Below are positions 21,910 through 31,424 of a DNA stretch of 64,000 nucleotides, piece by piece. Below the pieces are notes generated by a model that saw nothing but the letters and a program-made list of their open reading frames with translations, was not told where the DNA came from and made no database searches. The stretch's first letter is position 1. Each line of letters starts with the position of its first letter. The stretch comes from Candidatus Saccharimonadia bacterium (GTDB taxonomy: Bacteria > Patescibacteriota > Saccharimonadia > Saccharimonadales > JALRHH01): contig JALRHH010000002.1 of the NCBI GenBank assembly GCA_023253175.1, positions 199 through 64,198 of the forward strand, given 5' to 3'. Both the position numbers and the translations under genes were made by a program.

Positions 21910-22045
21910 AAGCCCAGCACGACCGGCGTCCCCGCTACACCATCGTAGCTGCGTAACAGGGTTTGATGTCCAGTCGCTACCACAGCAGACGCCATCTTGG
22001 CTACCCGGAAGTGCCTGACACAGCCCAAATGCACCACTGCTGCCC
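21910..22045 (-). pseudogene. degraded fragment of a cell-wall hydrolase C-terminal domain (paralogue of the 22728..23954 3' end)
   Basis: The minus strand translates to SSGAFGLCQALPGS...GSDWTSNPVTQLRWC with frameshifts and a TAG just upstream. Compare SSGAYGLCQALPGNKMATAGSDWQSNPVTQLKWC at the end of the 408-aa protein. DNA-level similarity to 22790..22910 is visible by eye. Confidence 0.6.
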
Positions 22046-22070
22046 TAAAGACTTGTTGGTACCTGGGAGA

Positions 22071-22523
22071 CTATCCATAATACTCACCTTTGATTACAAG
22101 TTGCGGACTATTGTGCGCATCGATTACGTCAATGTTCTTCAGGAATTCAGGTAAAACTATGTCTAATTCACGCGGATCGTAAAAACCAATCTCAGCGATC
22201 TCATCTATGCCATGTGTTGTCTTAGTTAGATCTATGTTTAGATAATCATTGGTGTTTTCAACGTTAAAGAAGAATTCTGGTCCTTGATAAACTCCGTCCA
22301 AGGTGTATTGATAAATATATAGCAATTTACCTATTTTAGGTTGGATGCCTGTTTCTTCCATTATTTCACGAGTAAGCGCGTCTAACAGCATCTCGCCATC
22401 ATCTATACCGCCGCCCGGCAGCGACCAAGTATTGTATGATCCGCCCGTTTCCGGGTTTCTATGACGAACAAGCAGAAGCGTGTTGCCCCGCTTAATGATT
22501 GCGCGTACTCGTATCTTCATCAA
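22071..22523 (-). CDS. NUDIX hydrolase
   Basis: Nudix box GGGIDDGEMLLDALTREIMEETG. Confidence 0.85.
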   Translation of the reverse strand: MMKIRVRAIIKRGNTLLLVRHRNPETGGSYNTWSLPGGGIDDGEMLLDALTREIMEETGIQPKIGKLLYIYQYTLDGVYQGPEFFFNVENTNDYLNIDLTKTTHGIDEIAEIGFYDPRELDIVLPEFLKNIDVIDAHNSPQLVIKGEYYG

Positions 22524-22727
22524 CTGTATTATATCAATATGTGCTTTCTTTCAGAATTTACTTGTGGAAGAAAGCTTCAATATTCAGGAAAGAGCAGCTT
22601 CGCAGATAATTGGAGTGATGAACGACAATTATATGATAAACCGGAGCAATTCCAGTCCATAAAGAAATCAAAGAATTGCCCCGAGAGAAGCTATATGAGA
22701 GAACCTATCTCAGTTCTCTCATTACCG

Positions 22728-23954
22728 TTACCACCAGTGTTTGCTTACCCAGGTATTGTATGCGGCCGCCCAACTGCCATAACGACCCTTAGCGTAGCCA
22801 TCACACCACTTCAGCTGGGTGACGGGATTCGACTGCCAGTCGCTACCAGCAGTTGCCATCTTATTACCCGGCAAAGCCTGACACAGACCATAGGCGCCGC
22901 TGCTATTGCGTGCCGCTGCATTCCAACCCGATTCGCGGCTGACAATATAATTTACATATGCAAAGTCGGACGAAGCGATACCAGCCGCACGCATAACCGC
23001 TTCTTTATCCGCAGGAATAAATACCGTTTTACCCTTGGCGATAATCTGTTTAACGGGCTCAACCGCAACCACTGACTGAATCTCCTTACGGGCTACTTCT
23101 TTACCGTTCTGAAGGTCTATCTGATAGGTCACGAGGCGCTTACCGGCCGAACCCTTTTGGCGCACCGCAGTTGACCCGAATGACAGTGAAGCATCTTCGA
23201 TAGTCTCGGTTTGCATCGGAATTTCCTCTTCGACAGTTGCGACCTGGCTACCATTACGAACCACAAACACTTGTGTCTGCGCGGTGATCTTGGTTTCCTT
23301 AGATGGCTGCACCGTATCATCAGCAGCAAGCTTGATTTGCTTTTCATTGAGCAGTTCGCCAACAGTTTCTGCATGGGTCCTTACCGGCACCTGCGTGCCG
23401 TAAAGGTTAATGTTGGTTGGCGTGGCGCGGTCAATAACAACCTTTTCACCAATTGCGCCATCCTTGAGGAAATCGGTCTCCATTTCACTTTCTATCTTGT
23501 CCTCTGGATAGACCTGTACCCCAGCCTGACTCGCAACACTACGAGCAGTCGTTGCGGCACTAAATGCAAACGTCTTTTTACCGTTATCGACAACTGTCAC
23601 CGGACGTGCGCGGTACACATTGACACGGAATTTTTGATCAGCGATTTCGGTATCCTGACTTGGCTCAACAACGTCACCTTCATTGAGCCTAACGTTGGCG
23701 CGCTCCAAAAACTCTCCTACTGTTTTTGCACGGGTAGGAAGCGTTTCTTGTTTTTTATCATGCGTAAACACAACGAGGTGGGAATCAGAGGCCACAACTT
23801 CGTGACTATCCGACATGACAATAAATATCAGACCAGCAAAAAACAGCACAAACAAGGTCGCCAAAGGAATTGCGAATGGATGTTTATGCCAATTGTGCTT
23901 GAGAAGCCATTTTAGTGGCTGTTTCTCGGATAATGATGTCAGTAGTTTCTTCAT
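22728..23954 (-). CDS. RpfB/YabE-like cell-wall hydrolase (TM anchor, repeated DUF348-like modules, G5-like region, transglycosylase-like C-terminus)
   Basis: N-terminal TM helix. Three repeats of the ...TVGE(F/L)L...(N/Q)(V/I)xLxxxDxVxPSxxTxI pattern. C-terminal VSRESGWNAAARNSSGAYGLCQALPG...WW block typical of Gram-positive muralytic domains. Confidence 0.7.
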   Translation of the reverse strand: MKKLLTSLSEKQPLKWLLKHNWHKHPFAIPLATLFVLFFAGLIFIVMSDSHEVVASDSHLVVFTHDKKQETLPTRAKTVGEFLERANVRLNEGDVVEPSQDTEIADQKFRVNVYRARPVTVVDNGKKTFAFSAATTARSVASQAGVQVYPEDKIESEMETDFLKDGAIGEKVVIDRATPTNINLYGTQVPVRTHAETVGELLNEKQIKLAADDTVQPSKETKITAQTQVFVVRNGSQVATVEEEIPMQTETIEDASLSFGSTAVRQKGSAGKRLVTYQIDLQNGKEVARKEIQSVVAVEPVKQIIAKGKTVFIPADKEAVMRAAGIASSDFAYVNYIVSRESGWNAAARNSSGAYGLCQALPGNKMATAGSDWQSNPVTQLKWCDGYAKGRYGSWAAAYNTWVSKHWW

Positions 23955-24038
23955 ACAATGACTTCGTATGAGGGCAGATTAATGTTAGTGAAACCACCTC
24001 TGTGCCTGCCTCGAAGCCAGGTTATATGGTACCAAATT

Positions 24039-24515
24039 TTAACGATTTAACCAAGTTCCAACAGATTGCTTGACGGTACTGCCAACACCCTTTTGGGCAT
24101 TCTGCACATGCTGAAAGTCAAACCAGGCATGATCGACGATTTCTGATTGTGCGGGTGTAATTACTGGCTCCTCAGTAAGTTCTAAAGCGAATAAATAGTA
24201 CCGCCCGACTAGCCAACCTCGCTCAACTGCAGTGTTTTCGCCGACTAGCAATAGGTCCGCTGGGTCTATGGAAACTCCCAGCTCTTCTGCGATCTCCCTA
24301 ACGGCAGCTTCGTTAGGCTGCTCACCATGCTCAATCCCGCCACCTGGCAACGACCAATCGCCTGCACTCAGCCAATTTTTAACCAGCAGTACCTCATCTT
24401 GCCAAATCAACATAACCCTGGCACGCGGTTTTGTTTTCTTTGCATACACCCATATTGCCGGCAACATAATCCAGTATAGCGTGACGCCAACTATTGCCCA
24501 GATTTTTCGTCTCAT
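24039..24515 (-). CDS. NUDIX hydrolase with an N-terminal TM segment
   Basis: Nudix box GGGIEHGEQPNEAAVREIAEELG. 4-nt overlap with the end of pcrA. Confidence 0.85.
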   Translation of the reverse strand: MRRKIWAIVGVTLYWIMLPAIWVYAKKTKPRARVMLIWQDEVLLVKNWLSAGDWSLPGGGIEHGEQPNEAAVREIAEELGVSIDPADLLLVGENTAVERGWLVGRYYLFALELTEEPVITPAQSEIVDHAWFDFQHVQNAQKGVGSTVKQSVGTWLNR

Positions 24516-26662
24516 AGCTTTTTCAGCGGTGCAAATGCCACATTAATTTTCTTTGCGCCCTTGCCCACAAAGAAAATCGTTGCCGTATCGCCTTGCATCT
24601 CCACAACTGTACCGCGCCCAAAGATGTCATGTTCGACACCATCGCCTTCATTGAGTTCCGGGACGTAGCGCGGCTCTTGGTTAAAATCATCGCTAGGAGT
24701 TTGGTCATAAGTACTCTGCCACATAGAACCGCCGAGGCTCACGCTCTCTACCTGGAATGATGCATCAATTTCACTAAGGAATCTTGAAGGCGGATTATGC
24801 TGCACATTTCCGTAAAGCAATCGACCTGTTGCGTAGCTGAGATACAGCTCTTCTTTCGCGCGGGTCATACCCACATAACACAGCCGGCGCTCCTCTTCCA
24901 TTTCCGACTGGTCATACAGCGCCCTTGAGTGCGGGAAAATCGTCTCTTCCATGCCAACCATAAATACCACTGGGAACTCCAGACCCTTCGCAGCGTGCAG
25001 TGTCATGAGCGTCACTGCATTGGCACCAGATTCCATCGTATCAACATCACTGACCAGCGAGACCTCCTCTAAGAATCCATCAAGGCCAAGGTCCTGGTAG
25101 CTCTTAGCCACACCGACCAGTTCACGAACGTTCTCTTGGCGTGCATCGGCCTGCGGAGTCTTGTCATCAAGATATGCATAGTAATCGATGCGGCGAAGCA
25201 GGCTTTCAAGCAGTACCGGCACAGCAGCCTCATCGACCATTTCGCGGCTCCGAAGTAAAATATCGCCAAGCTCGCTGAAGCCCTTCTTGGCCTTTGGCGT
25301 GATGCCTGGCGCCTCATGAATTGTCTCGAGTGCCTGCTGAAGTGTCTGTTCACCTGCTGCCTGCCATGCGTAGAATTGCTGCAGCGATTTAGTACCAATA
25401 CCTCTTGTCGGCACGTTAACAATACGTTCGAAACTGACGCGGTCTTCTGGCTGATAAATAAGTCGCAGATACGCCAGAATATCTTTAATTTCCTTACGGT
25501 CATAGAATCTCTGACCACCAATAATACGGTACGGAATGCCGTAGCGCACAAAAGCCTCTTCCACTGAACGACTCTGTGCGTTTGTGCGGTACAGCACCGC
25601 AAAATCTTGATATCGACGGAACTTGGCATCCACACTGTTTTGGACCCTTCGGATGATAGACTCTGCCTCGGCACGCTCGTTTGCGACCTGCAAAATATCA
25701 ACTGGCTTACCATCGCCAGCCTCTGTCCATAGCTCCTTGTCCGAACGCTGCTGGTTTTTGGTGATAACCGCATGGGCAGCATCAAGAATTGATTTAGTAC
25801 TACGGTAATTCTGTTCTAGTTTTACAATTGTGACTTCTGGGTAGTCTTTCTCAAAATTCAGAATGTTCCTGAAGTCTGCACCACGCCAACTATAAATAGA
25901 CTGCCAGTCGTCACCGACAACTGCGATGTTATGCGCTTCGCCCGTGAGAAGTTTAATAAGTTTGTACTGCGCCGCATTGGTGTCCTGATACTCGTCTATC
26001 ATGATGTATCTAAACTGGTTGACCCACTTTTCGCGTACTAGCTTGTTTGTTTGCAGCAGATTTACCGTTCGAGCAATCAGGTCATCAAAGTCAAGTGCGC
26101 CGGCATCTTTTAGTACCTTTTGATACAGCGGATACACCTGCGCGGCAGCACGCTGAATCGGACTATTACCGGCATCGTATTCGCCAGGAATTGTGAGGTC
26201 ATTTTTGGCATTACTAATAATCGCGGAAAGGCTCCGTGCCGGATATGTCTTTTCATCCAGCATTAGTTGCTTGGCAGCCTGCTTGATTGCGGCCTGTCTG
26301 TCAGATTCATCAAAAATAACAAAGTTTTTGGGGATATGAATCGCCTCGCCGTCCTGACGAAGTAACCGCACACAAATAGAGTGGAATGTACCCATGTACG
26401 GCATAAAGCTACGATTGTCTGGGTTTTCACCGAGCAGCACCGCAACACGCTCCCTCATTTCGCGGGCGGCTTTGTTTGTAAAGGTAACTGCCAGGATATT
26501 AAACGGTGTTGCGCGGCGACTCGCGATTAGGTGAGCGATCCGGTGGGTCAGCGTCTTGGTCTTGCCGGAACCAGCGCCGGCCAGTATCAAAAGCGGACCT
26601 TCCGTTGATTCAACGGCTCTGGCCTGTTCGCTGTTTAATCCCCTAGTTAATTCCTCTAGCAC
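24512..26662 (-). CDS. pcrA: ATP-dependent DNA helicase PcrA/UvrD
   Basis: AGAGSGKT, DEYQDTN, TLHAAKGLEF and YVGMTRAKE. 716 aa. Confidence 0.92.
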   Translation of the reverse strand: MLEELTRGLNSEQARAVESTEGPLLILAGAGSGKTKTLTHRIAHLIASRRATPFNILAVTFTNKAAREMRERVAVLLGENPDNRSFMPYMGTFHSICVRLLRQDGEAIHIPKNFVIFDESDRQAAIKQAAKQLMLDEKTYPARSLSAIISNAKNDLTIPGEYDAGNSPIQRAAAQVYPLYQKVLKDAGALDFDDLIARTVNLLQTNKLVREKWVNQFRYIMIDEYQDTNAAQYKLIKLLTGEAHNIAVVGDDWQSIYSWRGADFRNILNFEKDYPEVTIVKLEQNYRSTKSILDAAHAVITKNQQRSDKELWTEAGDGKPVDILQVANERAEAESIIRRVQNSVDAKFRRYQDFAVLYRTNAQSRSVEEAFVRYGIPYRIIGGQRFYDRKEIKDILAYLRLIYQPEDRVSFERIVNVPTRGIGTKSLQQFYAWQAAGEQTLQQALETIHEAPGITPKAKKGFSELGDILLRSREMVDEAAVPVLLESLLRRIDYYAYLDDKTPQADARQENVRELVGVAKSYQDLGLDGFLEEVSLVSDVDTMESGANAVTLMTLHAAKGLEFPVVFMVGMEETIFPHSRALYDQSEMEEERRLCYVGMTRAKEELYLSYATGRLLYGNVQHNPPSRFLSEIDASFQVESVSLGGSMWQSTYDQTPSDDFNQEPRYVPELNEGDGVEHDIFGRGTVVEMQGDTATIFFVGKGAKKINVAFAPLKKL

Positions 26663-26683
26663 TAAGATATTTTAACACCTTGG

Positions 26684-27253
26684 CTAGTTTTTAATGAGAT
26701 CAAATGGCAATGTAAATTCAGTTTTAATAATTCCCGCATCGACAGCAAGCGCAGCGCCAACAAGCACCAGCAGAACGAATGCAAGAAGGGCCGTGTTGCG
26801 AGCAGTACGACGTTTCTGAACCGCACCGATTGGTACAAAATATTTCTTTTGTTCGACAAGCTTTTCAACAAGCTCTGCTTGCTGCTGCTCTTCCTTGGAC
26901 AACACAGCCTGCGCGGCAGCAGCGATTTCTTCCGGACTCTGATCGGTTTCTGCCTCAATAGGGAGTGCTTCCTCTTTTGAGTCCGCTTCCTCTGGCTTAT
27001 CAACAATTTTGTCAGTAGGCTCAGAATCAGTTGGTGTTTCAGGTTCCTTATCTGCGGCAGATAGTGGCGCAATCGTCTTTTTAGCAGCAGAAGGCGGCAG
27101 CCTAACAGGCTCGGCGCCCATTGGCTCATCATTTGATACCATTGGATCTTTGACGACCGGTGTCTTACTGATAATTATTGGGCGCGAAGTTGCATGAGCC
27201 GGTGTAGTACCTGGCTTTTCGACATCTGTTAAGGTTTTGTTTTTGTCTATCAC
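26684..27253 (-). CDS. hypothetical protein with a Pro/Glu-rich disordered N-terminus and a C-terminal TM helix
   Basis: 189-aa ORF with TM helix ALLAFVLLVLVGAALAV. The overlapping track ORF 26662..27132 in another frame is judged spurious. Confidence 0.5.
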   Translation of the reverse strand: MIDKNKTLTDVEKPGTTPAHATSRPIIISKTPVVKDPMVSNDEPMGAEPVRLPPSAAKKTIAPLSAADKEPETPTDSEPTDKIVDKPEEADSKEEALPIEAETDQSPEEIAAAAQAVLSKEEQQQAELVEKLVEQKKYFVPIGAVQKRRTARNTALLAFVLLVLVGAALAVDAGIIKTEFTLPFDLIKN

Positions 27254-27255
27254 TT

Positions 27256-28047
27256 TTATTCCTTCGCGCTGTTCTGAACTCGGTACGCAGCATCAATGAT
27301 ACCCGAAAACTTGTGGTAATTCAGACTTGCACTGCCGACGAGTACGCCATCACAGCCCGGAATCTGAAGATAACCACCCGCCAGCTGATCGTCAACACTT
27401 CCGCCGTACAGTACACGCACGGCCTTGCTCGCCTTCTTGGTATACAGTTCTGCGATCTGATGCCTAATAAATTCAAATTGCCGCTGGATATCATCTGGCT
27501 TTGCAAGTTCTCCTCCAAAGGTACTAATAGCCCAGACTGGCTCGTAGGCAATTACAACCTGCTCAACCTCTGCGGCAGTTAGATGGCTCAGGGCAGTAGT
27601 AATCTGATCATGTAGCACCTGCTTCGTTTCGCCGTTGTGGCGCTCTTCCTGCGTTTCACCCACACAAAGGACCGGCGTAATTCCGTTTCGAACCGCAGCG
27701 GCCACCTTTTGTGCAATCTCTTCATATGATTCATGAAAATGAATTCGGCGCTCAGAATGCCCAATGATGACATAGTGTACGAGGTCACGTAACATTGTGA
27801 AGCTTACCTCACCCGTAAAGGCACCTTCATCCTTATAGAATGCATTTTGAGCCGCCAATCGGAACTTACGGCGATCAATTTGCATACTTAACGGCTGTAG
27901 CACCAACATGCTTGGTGCCAACACGACTTCGATGTCACGGTGAATCTTGATTCGTTCGTGAAGCCTATGCAGTAGTAAGCTCGCCTGACTCGTATTAAGA
28001 TGCATCTTCCAGTTTGCGATAACAAGTTTTCGACGTGTAGTATTCAT
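27256..28047 (-). CDS. tpiA: triosephosphate isomerase
   Basis: VIANWKMH, IIGHSERR and AYEPVWAI. Start at MNTTRRK (28047) avoids overlapping the pgk stop at 28058. Confidence 0.9.
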   Translation of the reverse strand: MNTTRRKLVIANWKMHLNTSQASLLLHRLHERIKIHRDIEVVLAPSMLVLQPLSMQIDRRKFRLAAQNAFYKDEGAFTGEVSFTMLRDLVHYVIIGHSERRIHFHESYEEIAQKVAAAVRNGITPVLCVGETQEERHNGETKQVLHDQITTALSHLTAAEVEQVVIAYEPVWAISTFGGELAKPDDIQRQFEFIRHQIAELYTKKASKAVRVLYGGSVDDQLAGGYLQIPGCDGVLVGSASLNYHKFSGIIDAAYRVQNSAKE

Positions 28048-28057
28048 AACGCTAATG

Positions 28058-29350
28058 CTACTCCTTATCCTGCAATGCTTCAACACCTGGCAGCTTTTTA
28101 CCGCTCATAAGTTCCATGCTTGCACCACCGCCCGTTGATACATGGTTAAAGTGTTCTGATAATTTTCGCTCTTCAACATATCCGACTGTGTCGCCACCGC
28201 CCAGCACCGTAAACGGCTTGTGCCCAAACTGACCAAGCATTGCCTCGACTAAGGTCTCGGTGCCGTGTGCAAATGGCCCAGTGGGGCCCTGCACGCCAGC
28301 AACCTCAGTAACACCGAGTGCACCGTTCCAGATAACCGTATTGGCCAGCTGAATACCGCCGGCGATAAATGCACCCGAAAACGGACCAACGTCCAGAATC
28401 ATTTCATCTTCAAGCACTTGTCCTGTTTCCGCACTTGGCTGCTTTGGATAATCCTCGATTGCTGCGATAACATGCGCATCCCAATCAACAATTCGCGTCT
28501 GGGTATTACTGTCCACACTCTTTGCAACAACACCGTCTTGCGGCAGGTAAAATATAAAATGTTCTTTCTGCGATTTCTCTTTTGCTTTAACAAGTATTTC
28601 CTTGGCCAGCGGTACTTCGTCATGATCTGCCTTACTCTTGCCAACAGAAATACCTTCAGCAAGTAAGAACGTATTGGCCATTGCACCGCCCACTGCAATA
28701 AAGTCAGCAACATCTACAAGGCGATTCAAGATATCAATTTTATCGGCAATTTTTGAGCCACCAATCACCGCCATCAGCGGACGCTTGGGATTCTCCATGA
28801 CACTAGAAATTGTGTCGACTTCTGCTTCGACCAGCAGACCGGCAACACCTGGAATATGTTTTGGTATTTCGGAAACAGATACTGCACCGTGGTGAACGAC
28901 ACCAAAGGCATCCTGCACAAACACATCAGCGTATGATGCGAGTTCCTTTGCAAATCCTTCGTCATTAGATTCTTCGCCTGGATTAAAGCGAATATTCTCA
29001 AGCATTAATATGTCGCCCGGCTGCAGGCTATCAACTTTTGCCCTTGTTTCATCACCTACACAGTCTTCAGCAAAACCAACTTGTCTATCAAGCAAAGTGC
29101 TTAGCCTCTCGGCGCACGCCTTCAGGCTAAACCTTAGATCACGCTTACCTTCTGGACGGCCGAGATGTGAACACAAAACGATCTTACAGTTTTGAGAGAG
29201 TAAATATTCGATTGTAGGAAGTGACTTTTTAATACGATAGTCGTCGGTAATTTCACCACTATCATTCATCGGCACATTGTAGTCAACGCGAACAAGCACT
29301 CGCTTGCCCTGCAGATCAATGTCCTTAATTGTCTTTTTAGTAAAGCTCAA
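28058..29350 (-). CDS. pgk: phosphoglycerate kinase
   Basis: LVRVDYNVP and STGGGASMELM. 430 aa. Confidence 0.93.
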   Translation of the reverse strand: MSFTKKTIKDIDLQGKRVLVRVDYNVPMNDSGEITDDYRIKKSLPTIEYLLSQNCKIVLCSHLGRPEGKRDLRFSLKACAERLSTLLDRQVGFAEDCVGDETRAKVDSLQPGDILMLENIRFNPGEESNDEGFAKELASYADVFVQDAFGVVHHGAVSVSEIPKHIPGVAGLLVEAEVDTISSVMENPKRPLMAVIGGSKIADKIDILNRLVDVADFIAVGGAMANTFLLAEGISVGKSKADHDEVPLAKEILVKAKEKSQKEHFIFYLPQDGVVAKSVDSNTQTRIVDWDAHVIAAIEDYPKQPSAETGQVLEDEMILDVGPFSGAFIAGGIQLANTVIWNGALGVTEVAGVQGPTGPFAHGTETLVEAMLGQFGHKPFTVLGGGDTVGYVEERKLSEHFNHVSTGGGASMELMSGKKLPGVEALQDKE

Positions 29351-29368
29351 TTCCCACCCCCGTTATTT

Positions 29369-30805
29369 TTATTCTAAGACTCGAACCTTAATGGTGTCTG
29401 TAGTTCCAACCACGCCCGGATATTTACCAGATGCCGTTACGACCATGTCGCTCTTTGCAAATAATTTGGATTCACGAAGCCAATCAGTCAGCTTGTTTGC
29501 AGCATACTTATCAACTGGACGCACAAAACTCTTTGTACCATACACGAGTGCCAACTGGTGTGCAGTTAAGCGATCTGACGTCACCGCAATCAGCGGCACC
29601 TGCGAACGATGAGATGCGATCTGACGTGCCGTCGCACCAGTCAGTGTTTCGGCAACAATTGCCTTTGCCTCGAGCTGCGCTGCGAGTGAAATCACCGCAG
29701 AACTAATCGCAGTCTGGCGATCGGCTGCTTCGAATTCCTTAAAGTACACCTCTACCGGTTCATTCTCCTGTGCATACAAAATAACTCGCTTCATGGTTTC
29801 TACGGCTTCTATCGGGTAATTACCATTTGCAGTTTCATCACTGAGCATGACACAGTCGGTACCAAGCAGTACCGCGGTCGCCACGTCAGATACCTCTGCA
29901 CGGGTTGGCTCTGGCATATCAGTCATGCTCGCAAGCATTTGTGTAGCCACAATCACGGGACGAGCATACTTCATACCAAGACCAATGATTTTTCGCTGCA
30001 CAATTGGCACTGATTCTGGTAATGTTTCGATTGCAAGGTCACCTCGGGCAACCATTACGGCGTCAGTTTCAAGTACGATACGCTCGATATTTTCCACGGC
30101 CGCACTGGTTTCAATCTTGGCGATAATCTTTGATTGACTGCCAAGGTTCTTAAGCATCTTTCGGAGCGTACGAATATCATTTTCTGTCTGCACAAAACTG
30201 AGTGCAACATAATCGATATCGTGCGTAGAACCAAAGGCAATGTCTTTCTTATCCTTAGCCGTAATAATGTCGCCACCAAAATCGGTGTCAGGTAGGTTAA
30301 TACCCTTTCGTTTGATCAGTACTCCATCGTTTTCGGCACGTACGTGTACGATGCCATCTTTGACGCTTGTTACAGTCGTGCGAACCTTACCATCAAATAG
30401 ATAGAGCCGTTCGCCGCGCTTCATTTTCTTACTGAGATCATACTGCGTTGGGATAATGCCAGAACGTTCAAAGTCCGCACCGTATTTAAACTGCAGACTT
30501 TTGCCTTTAGTTACATTAATGACGCCCTCGAAATCACCAAGACGAATTTTTGGACCCTGCAAGTCTTGCACAATCGCAATTGGCTTGCCGTACTCTTCAC
30601 TGGCTTTACGTATCCACGCGATTTGCTCTTCACGTTCTTCGTAGCTACCGTGGCTAAAGTTCAGTCTAATACCGTTAGCCCCGGCCTTGATAAGCGCCAG
30701 GATCTTTTCATAGCTATTGGTTGATGGGCCAACGGTTGCAAGGATTTTTGTTCTTTTGAATTGTGTTATTGGCACATTCGGTGCCGCGAGTGTAGTTTCT
30801 TTCAT
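29369..30805 (-). CDS. pyk: pyruvate kinase
   Basis: KILATVGPS and the MVARGDLAIE signature. 478 aa. Confidence 0.93.
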   Translation of the reverse strand: MKETTLAAPNVPITQFKRTKILATVGPSTNSYEKILALIKAGANGIRLNFSHGSYEEREEQIAWIRKASEEYGKPIAIVQDLQGPKIRLGDFEGVINVTKGKSLQFKYGADFERSGIIPTQYDLSKKMKRGERLYLFDGKVRTTVTSVKDGIVHVRAENDGVLIKRKGINLPDTDFGGDIITAKDKKDIAFGSTHDIDYVALSFVQTENDIRTLRKMLKNLGSQSKIIAKIETSAAVENIERIVLETDAVMVARGDLAIETLPESVPIVQRKIIGLGMKYARPVIVATQMLASMTDMPEPTRAEVSDVATAVLLGTDCVMLSDETANGNYPIEAVETMKRVILYAQENEPVEVYFKEFEAADRQTAISSAVISLAAQLEAKAIVAETLTGATARQIASHRSQVPLIAVTSDRLTAHQLALVYGTKSFVRPVDKYAANKLTDWLRESKLFAKSDMVVTASGKYPGVVGTTDTIKVRVLE

Positions 30806-30938
30806 TAGTATAAGTGTACCTGTTTAGAGGTAATTTGAGTAGCCTTTGAGGTAGATGTTTTTTTGGATTGGAGGGGGATCAGCTATCATGCACACTTAAG
30901 GCAAACATACTCTGGAATCGACCTACCTACGGCAGGCC

Positions 30939-31045
30939 CGAAATTTCGCGACTGAAAACAAGTTTTCATCGGAAAGTTTCCTTGCGAATTGCCACAGGCA
31001 ATTCTCACCCTGTTGCGGCAACAGGATTTCGATTTCGCCCGGCGA
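30939..31045. promoter_or_regulatory. run of six short near-perfect palindromes upstream of the pyk-pgk-tpiA operon
   Basis: The six are cgaaatttcg (30939-48), tgaaaac-aa-gttttca (30953-68), ggaaa-g-tttcc (30971-81), gaattgcc-aca-ggcaattc (30986-31004), cctgttgc-g-gcaacagg (31009-25) and tcgcc-c-ggcga (31035-45). Function unknown. Confidence 0.3.
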
Positions 31046-31052
31046 GCGACAT

Positions 31053-31087
31053 AGAAAAACACCCATCACATGGATGGGTGTTTTTCT
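31053..31087 (-). terminator. intrinsic terminator of tRNA-Glu
   Basis: agaaaaacacccatc-acat-ggatgggtgtttttct. On the minus strand the stem is followed by a T-run. Confidence 0.75.
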
Positions 31088-31088
31088 A

Positions 31089-31163
31089 TGGTGATCCCGA
31101 GGGGAATCGAACCCCTGTTGCCAGGATGAAAACCTGGTGTCCTAACCGTTAGACGACGGGACC
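31089..31163 (-). tRNA. tRNA-Glu (anticodon UUC), CCA encoded
   Basis: Minus strand GGTCCCGTCGTCTAACGGTTAGGACACCAGGTTTTCATCCTGGCAACAGGGGTTCGATTCCCCTCGGGATCACCA. Folds as a cloverleaf by eye and is closely similar to bacterial tRNA-Glu. Confidence 0.9.
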
Positions 31164-31317
31164 ACGTCGTCACTTGCGCGCCTGTCTCGTTTTGCCATAC
31201 TTGGCAAAAGCTTCAACTTAGCGCTAAGATCCTCCTTTCGTCTATCCAAACAGCCGCAGGCTTGGTCTGGCTAGTCGGGTCAGAATCTCAGACCGAAAAA
31301 TAATATCATAACAGAGG

Positions 31318-31355
31318 CCAAAAGAAAACCCCTCTGTGAGGTATGAGGGGTTTTC
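31318..31355 (-). terminator. intrinsic terminator after the LPXTG protein gene
   Basis: Minus strand GAAAACCCCTC-ATACCTCACA-GAGGGGTTTTC followed by TTTTGG. A second hairpin lies at 31366-31390. Confidence 0.7.
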
Positions 31356-31424
31356 TTGCCATGAGACTCCCCAGAGATTATCTGGGGAGTACCTGCGAGC
31401 GGTCAGTCATGCTCTTATATCAAA

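Noticed and set aside
30868-31152. 94-aa plus-strand ORF between pyk and the surface-protein gene.
   Set aside because: It runs across the palindrome cluster, the terminator hairpin and the antisense of tRNA-Glu. There is no RBS, so it is treated as non-coding.
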